This document shows, one piece after another, positions 63,199-64,000 of a DNA stretch of 64,000 nucleotides. The stretch covers positions 62,001 to 126,000 of the forward strand of contig NW_027590773.1 of NCBI RefSeq assembly GCF_964213995.1. Direction: 5' to 3'. Positions within the stretch are counted from its first letter, which is position 1. Every line of letters starts with the position of its first letter. The notes beneath the pieces were generated by a model that worked only from the letters and a program-made list of their open reading frames with translations, did no database searches and had not been told where the DNA came from. Made by a program: the position numbers and the translations under genes. Origin of the DNA: Mustelus asterias. Taxonomy: Eukaryota.

Positions 63199-63237
63199 CA
63201 CAGAGACACAGAGCTGGGCTGAACCTGTACAAAAACT
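63199..63237 (+). other. 23-RSS of V12
   Basis: CACAGAG, 23 nt, ACAAAAACT; identical to the V3 RSS. Confidence 0.9.
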
Positions 63238-64000
63238 GTCAGAGGCTCACTCAACATAACAGAGCGTGAGGCAAACATTGGATCAGAGTGAGTCTGAAAT
63301 GGAACCTGAAATCGTGGTGATTTCTCAATCTTTCACTGAGAATATTTTTATGAATAACAAATATATTGCAAAATTAAAACACCGGGACACTTAAAAGAAT
63401 GAGCACGATAATATTTGTAAATTGTAATGTCCCGAAGTGTTTTATGTCGTAAACACAGCAGCTAATTTGGACTCAGCATATTATTTCATTCAGTAATATT
63501 GCAGTGCTCTGGCTGTGTCAGTCACTGCGATTGGTGAACAGATATCGAACAGGATGTTTCTCTTGCTCTTTTTGGAAACAGTGACCATGTGGCACCTCCA
63601 CCTGAGAGGGAAGACGGTGCCCCAGATTTAACAGGTCACCGCGAGGCTGGCAGCTCTGACAGTGCAGCATTTCTAAGCACTGCACTGTCTCCTCGGTAAG
63701 TTCCCGGAGTATTGTTCTGGATAGATTGCCGGTGTCCCCTGGAGTGGAAATAATATCTGAAGGGACTGGAGACAGTATTCGGGAAGTCTCGGGGCGTGGT
63801 GACCACTCGTTAACCCAATCTGGGAAAAACAAACTGAAATAACGAAAATGAAATTAAAAATAAACATTATCGGTCCCCATATTAGAAATAACGTGTATAC
63901 TCCTGCGTCTCGTTATTTTATGGGAAATATAATTGCAGTCGAGGCGGTCCAGTTCAGATTTTCCAGATGATTAACAGGAATCGGTGGGTTTCCTTTTGGA

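Noticed and set aside
41600-64000. Ig VH or TAILV-type segments, and D, J or C exons
   Set aside because: None recognised: no VH-type WVRQ/LEW motifs, no 12-RSS, no C1-set exon. Alpha versus delta usage of these Vs cannot be decided from this window.

Overview
Eukaryotic (cartilaginous fish, shark-type) genomic DNA from a gapped assembly. It has three zones. (1) 1-25 kb is almost all repeats: CR1 LINE fragments, HE1-type V-SINEs, arrays of a 69-bp minisatellite alternating with (CA/CT)n tracts, a ~3.1-kb block present twice in direct orientation and once inverted, and a fold-back inversion at ~18.3-24.4 kb. (2) 25-40.8 kb is a patchwork of local duplications: a ~918-bp tandem unit carrying a 102-nt exon-like cassette, a solo LTR with a 4-bp TSD, and SINE/LINE insertions. 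(3) 41.6-64 kb is a T-cell receptor alpha/delta-type V-segment cluster with about 13 V segments or remnants in both orientations. Six look functional (Cys23/Trp41/Cys104 plus a 22/23-bp-spacer RSS), one has an open frame and RSS but lacks both Ig cysteines, and six are pseudogenes or remnants. Interspersed are a C2H2 zinc-finger ORF, a young 5'-truncated CR1 and two Penelope-type fragments carrying minimal hammerhead ribozymes. No D, J or C segments were seen. Most interesting: the cysteine-less V lineage, putative intronless leader-V genes, RSS-adjacent CTCF motifs, a hammerhead retroelement inserted at an RSS nonamer, and the tandem exon-like array. All calls are by eye; no database searches were run.
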